In this document: piece after piece, positions 49,358-60,597 of the stretch
Numbering within the stretch: the stretch's first letter is position 1
Layout of the letters: the number at the start of each line of letters is the position of its first letter
From: Fistulifera solaris
Taxonomy: Eukaryota
Direction of reading: 5' to 3'
DNA: 64,000 nt
Assembly: GCA_030295235.1 (NCBI GenBank)
Contig: AP026132.1
Span: forward strand, 496,001-560,000
Notes under the pieces: generated by a model
Seen by the model: only the letters and a program-made list of their open reading frames with translations
What the model was told of the DNA's origin: nothing
Databases searched by the model: none
Translations under genes and position numbers: made by a program

Positions 49358-49544
49358 GGCAGTAAACCATTTGTCTTATTCCGTGCTGCATCTTCAAGTC
49401 AGAGGTTTATAGGCTGCGTCTGAGAGGAACAAAATTTAGCGACTAATTTGAAAAGTGAACTGCAATATTGAGTAAGGAACGAGCCAAAGTTTGTCCTAAA
49501 ATATGTAAAAGAAGAGATACTTTAACCAATCGATTCTTATTCAT

Positions 49545-50942
49545 TCATTGCACTTCCAATGTCTTTGGTCTATGAAACTCAAGTATACGGTCCTCGTCGG
49601 ATTTTTCGCTGATCAGACGAGAAATATCGTAAGGAGCCAGATGGCTTATTTTTTCGTCGTTCAAATTTATGATATAATCGCCCACTTGCACTCGGCCAAA
49701 CAACGGTGACGTTGATTTAATGGCGTGTATAGCAGGCCCGGAACCGTCTTTGTCATCCAAAACGATACCTAGCTTCCCGGGAGGCACCAATACCTTGATT
49801 ATTTGCGTGTCTTGCTGATCATTCATACCGTCACCCAGAAACTTTTCAAAATCGAGCTCTTCGTCGTCGTCATACTGATCATCAAACGACTGGTCGTCTG
49901 CTAAAAGGGAACCACTCATGCCGATACTCATTTTCGTGTGTGGCGTTGCTTCCGTGAAGCAATCTTGTGCCGGGGCCTCCTCCTGATCAGGCTTGGTGAT
50001 ATCCTTACTGTAATCGTACGCGAGTGACGAAGCTGTTGTCCGTTCATCAAGTTTGCTCACTGTTGTTGCACCACAATAAGGATCTCCCAAAGTGCTGACA
50101 TCATCACCTCCCGTATTGTTAATCACAATTTCCATGCGGTTTGTTGAGTCTGTCGATTGAGCATCGACAATTTTAGCCTCCTCCACTTTCTTTCGGCAAC
50201 AAACGAAGTACGCGAGACAACCAACTGCGACGCCAACCACAACGCCCCCTAGAATACCTATTATTGTTCCGACCCCCACTGATTCGGAGGCAGTTGACGA
50301 AGGCGCAACGGAAGTATCCCGTTCCAACTTCATGTTTTGAAGCTGTTGAATATCCCCGTTATTCCTTTCACCCAGCAAAGTAATAAAGGCAGCTCGCTCA
50401 GCAGCCGTGTCGAACGCATCCCTGACCCACCGCGTGATGTCAACAACTTCACCAGAAGGCGGCGCAATGTATTGAAAATTGACGCGAAGAAAGAGCTGAA
50501 GCAAATAGTTGCCCCCGGTTCTTTGTCCCAAATTATTCTCCTTCAAAATGCGTACTCGGGTGTTGAGCACGTTTACATTATCGGTAATAGACAACTGTAT
50601 AAAACTTCCCATCGTGAGACTAAAATCCGCTGGGGAGACTATATTCGCCTCACTCGCTGTAAGGTTCACTTCAACAATGACGTTTTCCGAGATTTCCTCA
50701 AACGTAGTTGTTTGGGCTCGCCGTAAATAATTGCAATCTGTATTATCCCCCCAACAGCTATGCGGAGTGATCGGAAAGGAATTTTGTACCTCTGAAAGAC
50801 GAAAGGAATATAAGAAAGACGATTACGAGTGACATAGACCCTCAACGAACGCGAACTTACCTCCTCGGACGGTTGTGGAGACGCACATTGCAAGAATCGC
50901 CACGCCGAAGAGTATGCGTGGGAAGCATTTCCATGGTTTCAT
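49545..50942 (-). CDS. Single-pass type I membrane protein with a cytosolic C-terminal PDZ domain
   Basis: Signal peptide MKPWKCFPRILFGVAILAMCV; intron ~50792-50860; TM IIGILGGVVVGVAVGCLAYFVCC followed by RKK; DDVSTLGDP; PDZ VPPGKLGIVL...IHAIKSTSPLFGRVQVGDYIINLN. Confidence 0.82.
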
Positions 50943-51560
50943 AGTTGTATTGATAGCAGACAATTGCTTGGTTTCTCACAGCTCAATCATACTAATACTC
51001 ACTTCAATTTGAAGGGATTGAAGAAGTGGGGCACAAACACTGGACGGGAATTTTTTTACGGAATGCGGTAAACCGGGGCGGATTGGCGGGGTGGCAATAA
51101 AGCCAAGGAGGTAAAGCCGGTTCCCAAAGCTTTCAATCTAAGTAGAGTTTTAGCCAATGTCGTACACCTTAGCGAAATTTGTCATCACTTTGGAATCGTG
51201 TGAATTGTCCCTCCAGTTTGATTATTCTAAATTTCTAAATTTCTTCCGAACTAGACTACACTTGAAAGTAGGCTAGGCCAGCGTTACTTAGCTGAGTTAG
51301 TCACTCTGCGAATGAACTACGCTAAATGAATGGTATTGGGCGGTTAAAACGGTTCTGGAGAAACGGTAAGTCGTGCTAATAATCCTAAATACGGAGTACT
51401 TTCAAGCGTATAGTTCGGTGCGGGGCGCTTTTTGATAGCTCCAACCTTAATGAACGTATAATAATGAGGGGGGAGAAAAATGCGACGGCGACCACAAAAA
51501 CGAATAAAGTTCTTACCTCACAATGACGTTCCCAAATCAACAGCATTCAACATCACTTAC

Positions 51561-53071
51561 ATGCCTTTTCCAGTGACTCTCTCTCCATCACCTGTCAGTG
51601 AAGTCTTTTCAGGAATTCAGGAGAATCCACTGGAAAAGTTGGCTCTCTCTGACCCCGAAAAGTCCCTGTTGCGAGCTGCTGAAGAAAATCCTCTCGAGTA
51701 CACGTTGAATGACCACAAGGATGCTGAATCATATGCACTTCTTCTGCTCAAAGTGATAGATCTTACTTTATCATCATCGGAACACAATAAAAACTCCAGA
51801 GTTTACAAGTTGTCCCTCGATCAATCTCTTTCCGACGATGAAGCCCATCAATTACTTTTCGTCGATTTTCATGGAGTTTGGCTCCACTACGCCATCTCAA
51901 AGTTTTCTGAAGTCATAATAGCGCTCAAATCAACGAAAAGACCAATTCAACAATCGCAAATACATTTTTTCCTTCTGGATTGTTACTCGAGGACTGGCGC
52001 ATTTTGCACAGAGTTCTATCGGCAACCAAATCGGATCCGTTCGCTCAAAGAGGTGCTGCTTTTTGTTTGGCTTGTATTCTCTATGAGGGTTGTTTACTGG
52101 AGGAAAGGTGTCAGCTATTTTCGTCGCTATCATCTATCTTGAGAAATTTTGTTACGTGGATCACTTTCCGGCTACAATCGGCCACTTCTCCAACTTTTCT
52201 GGCCGCCGTCACCCCCAGCATGACAATTATTCTAGAAATCAAAAAAGCCCGTCTTCTTTTTATCGACAACGGGGGCCTAAATTTTCTTTCTCGTCATTTA
52301 CATACCTCCGACAAGGATCCCAACGACCTTCCGAGAAAAGCGGGAGCTTCCGTGCAGCAACTCTACGAACTCACGTATTGTTTGTGGCTGCCGTCGTTTG
52401 ATTGCTGCGACCATCACAGTCTGAGAAAGCATTTTCATCGGGATGGTGCTGTACCAGCACTGGTGGATTTGGTGGCTGCCGCTACGCGCGAAAAAATTAC
52501 TCGACTGGCTCTATCGACATTGCGCAACTTGGCAACGTTCCACACATCAGAAGACAGTTATGATGCACTCGCCTTTCGTACCGAAATGATTGGTTGCGGC
52601 TTGCTCACACGTCTCGAACGATTAAAAGAAGCTGCCAAGTGGAACGATCCGGACATGATCGACGACATCGACATCTTAGAAGGACATTTACAACAAACAT
52701 TCCGTCACATGACTCGTTGGGACCTTTACCAAGCCGAAGTGGAATCATCTCATCTACAATGGGGTGTCTTGCATACCGAAAAGTTTTTTCGAGAGAATAT
52801 AAAACTCTTCGAGGGAGATGACGGGCAGTTCAAAATCATCCACGATCTAGTTCGATTGACTTCGAGTGAGGACGAAGAAATTGCGTCATTAGCATGCTTT
52901 GATCTAGGGGAGTTTGTTCGTCACTACCCGAATGGAAGGTTATTAGCCTCTCGTTTAGGGGCTCGCGACGCTGTCATGGCGCTAATAGATCACAGCCATG
53001 AGGAGCTTCAGAAACAGGCTTTGCTAGCGGTTTCCAAAATGCTAATCCAGAATTGGAAGGCCGTCGAATGA
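51561..53071 (+). CDS. VHA-H: V-type H+-ATPase V1 subunit H
   Basis: QQLYELTYCLW, REKITRLALSTLRNL, WNDPDMIDDI, LQWGVLHTEKFFREN, ACFDLGEFVRHYPNGR, ALLAVSKMLIQNW. Frameshift(s) at ~51935-51970; start codon uncertain (51480 or 51561). Confidence 0.93.
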
Positions 53072-53513
53072 ACAGTTTTGATATGATTCTCTTGTCTTGT
53101 ATTCATCGCTTAGACAGTTTTAGGACTCTAAACATCTTATTGTGTTGTCTATAAAGTGTTGCACCTCGTAGTACCTAGTACCTACAAAGCCTATTAGCAA
53201 GGAGCAAGGAGGATAACAACGATCCTTAGATTGCCTTGCCTATACCGGTGCGGTGACTTGTATAAAAAACTGTGACCATCACACGTTTTATCATATATCG
53301 GTTGTTGTTGAAAGGACAAGACCACGTTATTGACTATGCGGCTCAGGCGCACCTCCACCTCCATGACGAAATGACGCAAAAGAAAAATGAAAACATGCAC
53401 TGCAAACTGCAAACAAAACCGCAAAAGAGTCAACGAATCTTAGCACAGCTTAGCATGCCTTTCAATAGATTCAACGTTTTTCCAATTTTGTCTTGATAAT
53501 TTTAGCAACGGAA

Positions 53514-55109
53514 ATGTGGAGATACCCTCGAAGAAAAATCGCTATCGTTTGTGGACTTTTTCTTCATCTTTTTCTACTGCTTTGAGAACTTCGAATGGGT
53601 CCAGCACGTGATATCCTTCCCCAAATTCGACCAGATCTCTACCACCGAGCGTGCGGGGATCGTCCCGGAAGAGCTTCTGGGAACAGTGTACAGCTCTAGT
53701 GATTTTGTGAATGACCGAGGTATTTGGCCACCATTCTGGAACTGTGAAGGTAACCGATGCAACATTACAAGCGAATGGGGCCCGTGTTATGCCAGTCACG
53801 AAGAAATAACGTGGAGCAAAGAGGTCGAATTCTTCACCACAAATCCTCCGTCCTATACTCGCGTTTCATACATGTCGAAATCCACGGATTTAGCTGGACT
53901 TTGTAGACCTGGTTTCATCATCATAGGAGCGGGTAAATGCGGAACAAGGTATGGGTTCTCGTTTGCGATTAATGTGATAATGTTTGCTCTGACTCGTCCT
54001 CACTCCATTCGAAGCTCTCTATACCACTATCTTGTGGATCATCCGAACGTTTTGCCAGCTTCGGAAAAGCAAATTCATTATTTCAAGGTAAGTGCTTCTA
54101 GATTGTATCAGTCCGTCGAAAATACTATCTAACACAAGCCTCTTCAGTATTACGCGCACTACCCAATGAAATGGTACTTGAGTCACTTTCCCACGACAAT
54201 TAGCTTTTTGGCGTCCGGCGCATTGATGACCGGCGAAGCGAGCCCGGGATACTTGCCTTACCCGGATGTTGCACACTTGATCCGCGAGCGTCTCAAAGGA
54301 CCGAAAATCATTGCCGTAGGACGCGAACCGATCGATCGAGCGTATTCTTCTTATCGTTACAACTATCTGACACCCTCAATAGAGAAGATGAAGAATGGGA
54401 AAGTGAAAGGCATTGAAAAAGGTCAGCCGGACTCTTACTATCTCGACTTTTTGTTCAGTTTTGAGGACATGATCAAGGCTGAACTTCAAGTTTTGCGAGA
54501 GTGCTTTGCGGTAGACGGACCGGGCATCGTTGGAGCGCGTGAGAAGTACGGAGCTAAAACGTGGGCTCAACCAGAGTTTCAACGAAGATCAATTGCTGAT
54601 GAGCCGCCCTTAGTTGATCTCGATGGGTTTTGTTATGGTGGGAAGGTGAATTCTACTGTCCTCCGAAAGCAATGGTCTGACCTGCAAACGAATAACCCGG
54701 AAAAGGTGATTCGTGATAACAACCTACACCTAGTACAGGCATTCATTGGGCGCGGCCTGTATACTTTGCCATTGGAATGGTGGTACGCTCTTTATCCGCG
54801 ACAAGAAATCTATTTCATTTGTACCGAGGATCTTGGCGATCAAAGTGGAAGCGCTTTGAACGACTTGGGCCAATTTTAGGCCTCCCCTCATTCAACTTTT
54901 CCGAAGTTATCACCAAAGGAGCCTACAATGTTGGCGGGCACCGGGGCTATGACGAAGAAGTCACCTGGGATATGATCCAACAAGAGAACCAAAGAGCGTC
55001 GAGTCAAGCAATTCCTTTATCGAATGAAACAATGGCTGAACTAAGAGCGTTTGTCAAGCCTTACAACGAAAGGTTGTTTGCGCTAACAGGTAGGAGGTGT
55101 AGATGGTGA
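53514..55109 (+). CDS. Type II membrane (Golgi) PAPS-dependent sulfotransferase, heparan-sulfate-ST-like
   Basis: MWRYPRRK + TM anchor; 5'-PSB FIIIGAGKCGTS|SLYHYL..HP (intron 53949-54014); EKQIHYF; GEASPGYL; 3'-PB REPIDRAYSSY; FVKPYNERL. Intron 54088-54147; frameshifts at ~53558 and ~54875. Confidence 0.88.
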
Positions 55110-55315
55110 CATAGACATAATAGTTAATGTAGTAAATATTATTCAGATAGTCAAACTCTCTCTAATACCTAGGAAACCTTACGACGGACAGACGAAGTTG
55201 CGATAATCGGCAATCGGCTCGTCGTCGAACTTGACAATTGACAAAAGACTTTGTTCCACAATATCCATTATTTACAATACGAGCATTGCGCTATTAAACA
55301 GAACGAGCAGTCGCG

Positions 55316-55904
55316 ATGGTAGATTTGTCGGAATACGTCGTTGGAGTAGTCCTCTCGGTTGAATCATCGTCAAAAGGCAACAAAACACTCAAAACATGTC
55401 GCATCAACATCGGCGACGAGAATAATCCCATTACTGTTGTAACCAACGCTCCCAATGTACGAGAAGGGTCAAGGTAAGCACATGAATGGTGCCAAACTGC
55501 GTGTGCTAGTGCTTCTCAAAAAGGCTTTGTCAAAGATTGGCAGTGGCTCCGGTTGGCTCCACCATTGTGAACGAAGAAGGAGAAGAAATTGAAACCAAAA
55601 GACTGCCGTCGGAGGTGTCATGTCCGAAGGTATGCTGTGCGATTCTCGAATGCTAGGTTGGTCGGGAGGCGCGGAAGGTATCGCCGCTCAAATACCCGAC
55701 TCTGTTGCAATTGGGGCATCGCCCCCGAGTTCAAAACCTCGACCAAAAGAAGGACAATCGGAGTTAGCACCTGTGAGTAATGAGGATTCGCTGTTTAAAA
55801 AAGAAACTGACGAAAGAAGAGAAGAAAAAAGCTAGCCGAAGAGAAGAAAAAATGCCCGAAAGGCTGCGAAAGAAGCTAAGAAAGAAGAGTCGTCGTCCTC
55901 TTGA
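55316..55904 (+). CDS. Stand-alone tRNA-binding OB-fold protein (PheRS-beta B2/Trbp111-like) with a Lys-rich tail
   Basis: Manual assembly gives MVDLSEYVVGVVLSVE...LKTCRINIGDENNPITVVTNAPNVREGSR|LAVAPVG...(K)TAVGGVMSEGMLCDSRMLGW...KKKLTKEEKKKLAEEKKNARKAAKEAKKEE. Intron ~55474-55535; A-run frameshifts. Confidence 0.8.
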
Positions 55905-55910
55905 CGCATT

Positions 55911-55926
55911 GAGAGAGAGAGAGAGA
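55911..55926 (+). repeat. (GA)8 microsatellite
   Basis: gagagagagagagaga just after the stop codon of the OB-fold gene. Confidence 0.85.
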
Positions 55927-56286
55927 GGAAGAGCCATAAATCGTCATAATAACGGGGTATGAATAAAAACATAGAAGAACATGGTGTGATCTACATTTTT
56001 ATTGTAATTATGCCTAATTTAGTTTCAAGGGTTGGAGAAGGGAGAGTTCAACCTTGCTGATGTGTGATTCGTTCAGTCGTGAGTCCATTTGACAGCATGA
56101 TGTGTCGCTCCGTTTTTCACGCTTACTCTCCACACCCTTTGCCACTTCGTGCACGTGACGTGGATGACGACGAGAAAGCATGGAGGCGTTATTGTTTTTT
56201 GTTGCGCTTTCTTCATGATGAAACTGACAACAAGAGCATTGAAGTAGAACGGGTTGAAAGCGCATCCAACAGAAGCATCGACAGTC

Positions 56287-56901
56287 ATGATCCGTTTCGC
56301 ATCACGGACCCTGCCGTTGCTGCTATGTATAATTATGTGGCACCCAGCCGTCAGCTTGATCACACCCGAGCTTCGTCGGCTCCGGCATCCACCATTGCGG
56401 GCGGAATCGTACACAGTCACGGTTCAATACGAAGGGACATCCTGCGATATTCAAGTCAGAAACTCGGAAACGATTTTGGATGCTCTGGAACGAACGGGGG
56501 CGGCCGATACGCTCGCACTGCCGGAAATGCCTTCGGATTGCCGGCGGGGCAACTGCATGACGTGTTCGGCCCGAGTAAAAGATCATCAGCACAACAATTT
56601 GGTGGTACGATCTGACGACGGTCTTTCACCGGAAGTATCACAACAATTGAAAAAGAGCGGCTATTTGCTCATCTGCAGTAGCTACGTACAAAGAGATGGA
56701 CTTACGCTCGAATTAGGCCAGAATCACGGACTCTGGGATATTGTATATCGACAACGATTTGAGAGTGAAAGTGCTCGATTAGCTGCGAGAGCGGCGCTAG
56801 CTCGTCTTTTAAGAAGAAATGCAGAGAATAACATTGAGCAATGGACCGTGGAAATGGAGGCCATGCTAGAAAAATCCGGCAACGAGGATTTAAGCCTATA
56901 A
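56287..56901 (+). CDS. Plant-type 2Fe-2S ferredoxin with a C-terminal extension (FdC-like), probably plastid-targeted
   Basis: Signal/transit peptide; ETILDALE; CRRGNCMTC; GYLLICSSY; helical C-terminal extension of roughly 60 aa. Confidence 0.88.
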   Translation: MIRFASRTLPLLLCIIMWHPAVSLITPELRRLRHPPLRAESYTVTVQYEGTSCDIQVRNSETILDALERTGAADTLALPEMPSDCRRGNCMTCSARVKDHQHNNLVVRSDDGLSPEVSQQLKKSGYLLICSSYVQRDGLTLELGQNHGLWDIVYRQRFESESARLAARAALARLLRRNAENNIEQWTVEMEAMLEKSGNEDLSL

Positions 56902-56980
56902 TTTTAAAGTAGCATTCTGTAATATAGAAGAGTCATGATTCTACTAAACAAAATAAGAAATCTCATACAAAGGTCGCTAA

Positions 56981-59380
56981 TTACACGATGGCGTTCGGCG
57001 AATTGTCGTCTACTTTCTCAATTGCCGCACGGGGCCATCGTTTCAGAAGGATTGTGTTGATTTTCGGACCAAGCTTTGTCTCAACAATAAGCTTCTGGCG
57101 CTCGCTCAGCCTGTAGAAAGGAATCCAGGGTGCTTCGCATTCGTCTCCTTTCCCACCATCGTCGAATCGGTATCTCCACAGTCGGTGATTGTCCTTGTAG
57201 AATTCGCGGTCGTCTTCATTGACATGTGCTGCTACCAACTCATACTCACTTACACAAAGATTTTCATCGACCGACTCTGTGTCAGACAAAGAAAACGTCA
57301 GTGATTGCATGTCGTTTGTTTGAAAGCAACCAGCCGACACACGCAGAAGTGAAGTACTTTGCTGCCCAGGCCAACAGCAGAAGTGCGTCATTTCGATGAC
57401 AGAATCGGGTTGGTCTGCTTTGGCGAATACTTCACCTTCTTCATGTCCACTGCTCATCCAGATGACGGAATACAAAGAAGGACCTTGCAGAATCCAAACA
57501 GGTTTACCGGGTCTGGTGAGGCCTTTGCCTATTTCGTTACTGTTATATGAAAGCACACCCAGACCGAGCACCCCCGTGGACCATCCCTTCAGTGTGGAGT
57601 GAATTCGACCCGTCAACAGCAAACTGATAAGCTCAATAGACATGCATTTGGTAGACTGGGGAAGTGCTTCCATCAACTCCTTAGTTTTAAAACGTTGCCG
57701 GAGTTGCTGTGGTGGGATCTTCATATGCCTGTTAGCATCATCACAGTTACATTGTATGAGTGACTTAATCGATGAAAAGCAACCACTGTGACGGCGTGCC
57801 TCTTGAATCATACGCAAAATAACTCCTTTTCCATGAATTCGAGTAATAGTCTCAAGAAAAAGTGCACATCCTCCTCGAGCTGTGAACGAACGCATGTTGC
57901 TTAGAACGTACGATCGGAGTTCTTCGATATTCGTGTAGGAAGTCGCAATTTGCAGTTTGTCAGACTCTCGACCTGCCGGGAGACGCAATTCTCCACTTCC
58001 GTCTGTTTCCCACCAACAAGTTGGACATAATCGTAGTTTTCTCTCAATTTTCTGCCATCTTCGAATATCCGTAGGATCTTTACTCTTTTTAGCGTAGCTA
58101 AAGCTTTCTCTTTTCTGGCTAGGGAAACCTTCGCAGCAATTTGAAGCAAAACGGCCAGTACGTCGGCAAGTCTAGATTCAAACTCACGCTTTTTGTCTTC
58201 TTTGCTGAGATCAGCGAACGGTACACGTGCGGAAGAGGCACTGATCGAAAGTTTTTGATATGAGACGCCAGTGTACAACAATCCTGTCACAATGGAGAGC
58301 AGCGCTGAGACAGACCCGCAATGATACGGAGGTGGAGGATTATCTTGTACAGTTCCGTCCGCTTGCTGTTGCCATCCAAAGTAAGTAATGTCATCCTCGG
58401 TGGGCGGGGGTAAAATCAAGCCCATACCATCTTCCGAGAGCGAAAATCCTGCATTAAGCCATGATCTCGGGATACCAGAATATCTGTTAGTCGATTGCTC
58501 GTCAAAGTCATCATCTTCTGCAATGACGTTACCCTCAACCTCACCAGCTGGTTCCGGTTCTGGTAGAGCACGTCTCGGTCTCGGTGCTGAGTTAGTCGAT
58601 TGACGTGAAGGTGTAGAAGGCGAACCCCACAATAGTTCAAAGGGATCGCAGAGTGGAATCTGTTTTCGACTGTCGAACGAATCCCAGACCCAGTCACTAT
58701 CACTAAGGAACCCGTCTTCATCAACAGAGGTTTCTTTTTTCTTCTGTCTTTCTGCGCTTCCTTGCAGGAAGTCCCTCTTCCTCCTCATCTTCCTTGACAC
58801 GATGTTTTAAGCTTGCAGCGATTCCTCCCACGACTTTCCACACTCCTCCACACTCATCGTCGGAAACAGAGACGCTTTCATTTTCAGGATGAGCTCGATT
58901 CGCTAAGAGCTCTGCTGCTCGCGCAGCAAGTCTCCCTACAACCACGTTGCTACCATCACCCTCATTTTCACCAGCTCTTTCACCCATTTCACGAGCGACC
59001 CGCGCCATTCGGTTCGTTTCCTGAACATCCTCCCGCAAGCGGATACGTATACCCTCGGCTAATTCTGCTTCTTCATCTATTTCTTCAATTTGATCGTTAA
59101 AATCTGGCTCCAGTCGTCGACGAACTTCGTCTTCATTGATCATTTCATCCGGTGGCGCGACATCTTCTTCCGGCTCCTGATTTTGTTCACGATTGCGTCG
59201 TGCCATATAATCATCCCAGTATAACTGAGATGCTATATCAATGTCACCATCAGTAACTTCTAGTATCGTACGGCATTGCTCTACATCAATCGCTTCCTCT
59301 ACGGAAAATCCGGCCGCTCGAGCGAAGTGTGTTAATTGCTCAATCAAGTATTGAAGGAGATCTTCTTCCACCCCCGCCAT
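56981..59380 (-). CDS. UBA-like + MINDY-3/4 (DUF4205)-type deubiquitinase-like protein
   Basis: N-terminal UBA-like CRTILEVTDGDIDIASQLYWD; HCGSVSALL; GGCALFLETI; SIELISLLLTGR; IGKGLTRPGKPVWIL; INTILLKRWP. Frameshifts at ~58735 and ~57980-58080. Confidence 0.72.
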
Positions 59381-59826
59381 TTTTGATATTTTATTTGCGA
59401 AAATCAGAACAAGTTTGATAACAACGTATAGAAAGTCACCAGTTTGTTTATGATGATTATTCGTTCGACTTCGGAGTGCACTTTGAATGCGATGATCCTT
59501 TGCGCAGCTTTGCGGTGCTTGCGACGACACCGTTTTTCACACGGGTGTAACCTACTTATTACTCTTTGTGGGTGGTGGGTGTGACTATCGCGTTTTGCGT
59601 CATTGTAAGTTCATGTCACAAAAGCATCAACGTATAAGTATGTGTACGCAATAATAACGGTTAAACGGAAAACTACACAGGCATACAAACTTCACGTCCC
59701 TCTTTGACGCGGCTTCTTTTATTGTTTACGTTTAAAAAACGATTGTAACCCCCTTTCTGGACATAATTTTTCGATTAATTAAATTCATAAGCTAGGAAGT
59801 GATGATTAAGAGTACGATAATATTGT

Positions 59827-60320
59827 TCAAGTTTCATCCTTAATTGCCATGTTGCCTGTTTCGTTCACGGTCCCATCGAGGGCGTCTTGATTGGTATTTG
59901 GTGTGCTCGTGGCAGCCTCTTCCTTCGAAAAAGATGCAATAAATTGAAGTAGTTCTTTTGCTGACGATCCGTCATACGAGCATGCAAATCTTCAACCAGC
60001 AAATGCAATTCCACCGGTTCCGTCGGCATGCTATTCACAATTTGCAAACTTTCCGCATCGGTCAATGCGAACCCAGTAGAAGACTTTTTGCTACTTTGCA
60101 ATGATGATCGCAATTCGTCGCGACGACTCGCATTCAAACGAACGCACGGTGTCTGTTGGAGATGCTGGACAACTTTTTCTTCGATCCATTCGCAATGTTG
60201 CAATTTTGACGGACGCTTTCGTTTGTTGGGTCTATTCTTCATACGTCGTTCCAGTATTTCCATCACTTCTTGGTTACTGATGAGAACCGGTGGGCGGGTT
60301 TCTTGCTTAATGGTCGGCAT
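59827..60320 (-). CDS. RPC9: RNA polymerase III subunit RPC9/C17 (Rpb4-like)
   Basis: LISNQEVMEILE...VVQHLQQTP...LTDAESLQIVNSMPTEPVELHLLVED...RMT; frameshift in the A-run at ~59957. Confidence 0.82.
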
Positions 60321-60597
60321 TCTCGAACGTGTGTACGGTAGAGAATCTTATTTTTACGTGCCGCCTGGTCGCTTTTCTGAACAGATAACGAGAATGTACG
60401 ACGTCCTGACTTTAAGAAAAGGCTAGGTACTGAATTTTGAATTATAAAGGTGGTATTTGATTGAATGTATTACTCCGTATAGACCGCAAGCAAAAACATG
60501 GGGGAAAAGTGCGGTTGTCGATACTTTTTCTTTTTCGGACGATCGCGCGCGGTCGCGATGACGGATCTTGATCTGTCTGTCGGCCGTCATGTGACTC

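Noticed and set aside
50943..51480. Intergenic regions checked for tRNA/snRNA genes (also 22728-23412 and 4538-5135)
   Set aside because: No cloverleaf, A/B boxes or snRNA motifs were recognisable by eye; these are probably divergent promoters.
55960..56286. Short ORFs between the OB-fold gene and the ferredoxin
   Set aside because: No recognisable motif or splice pattern; most likely UTR or promoter sequence.
19409..60320. Calling the frameshifted host genes pseudogenes or programmed frameshift sites
   Set aside because: The shifts fall mostly in homopolymers of unrelated essential genes, with no accompanying motif decay and no common slippery signal. Sequencing error is the simpler explanation.
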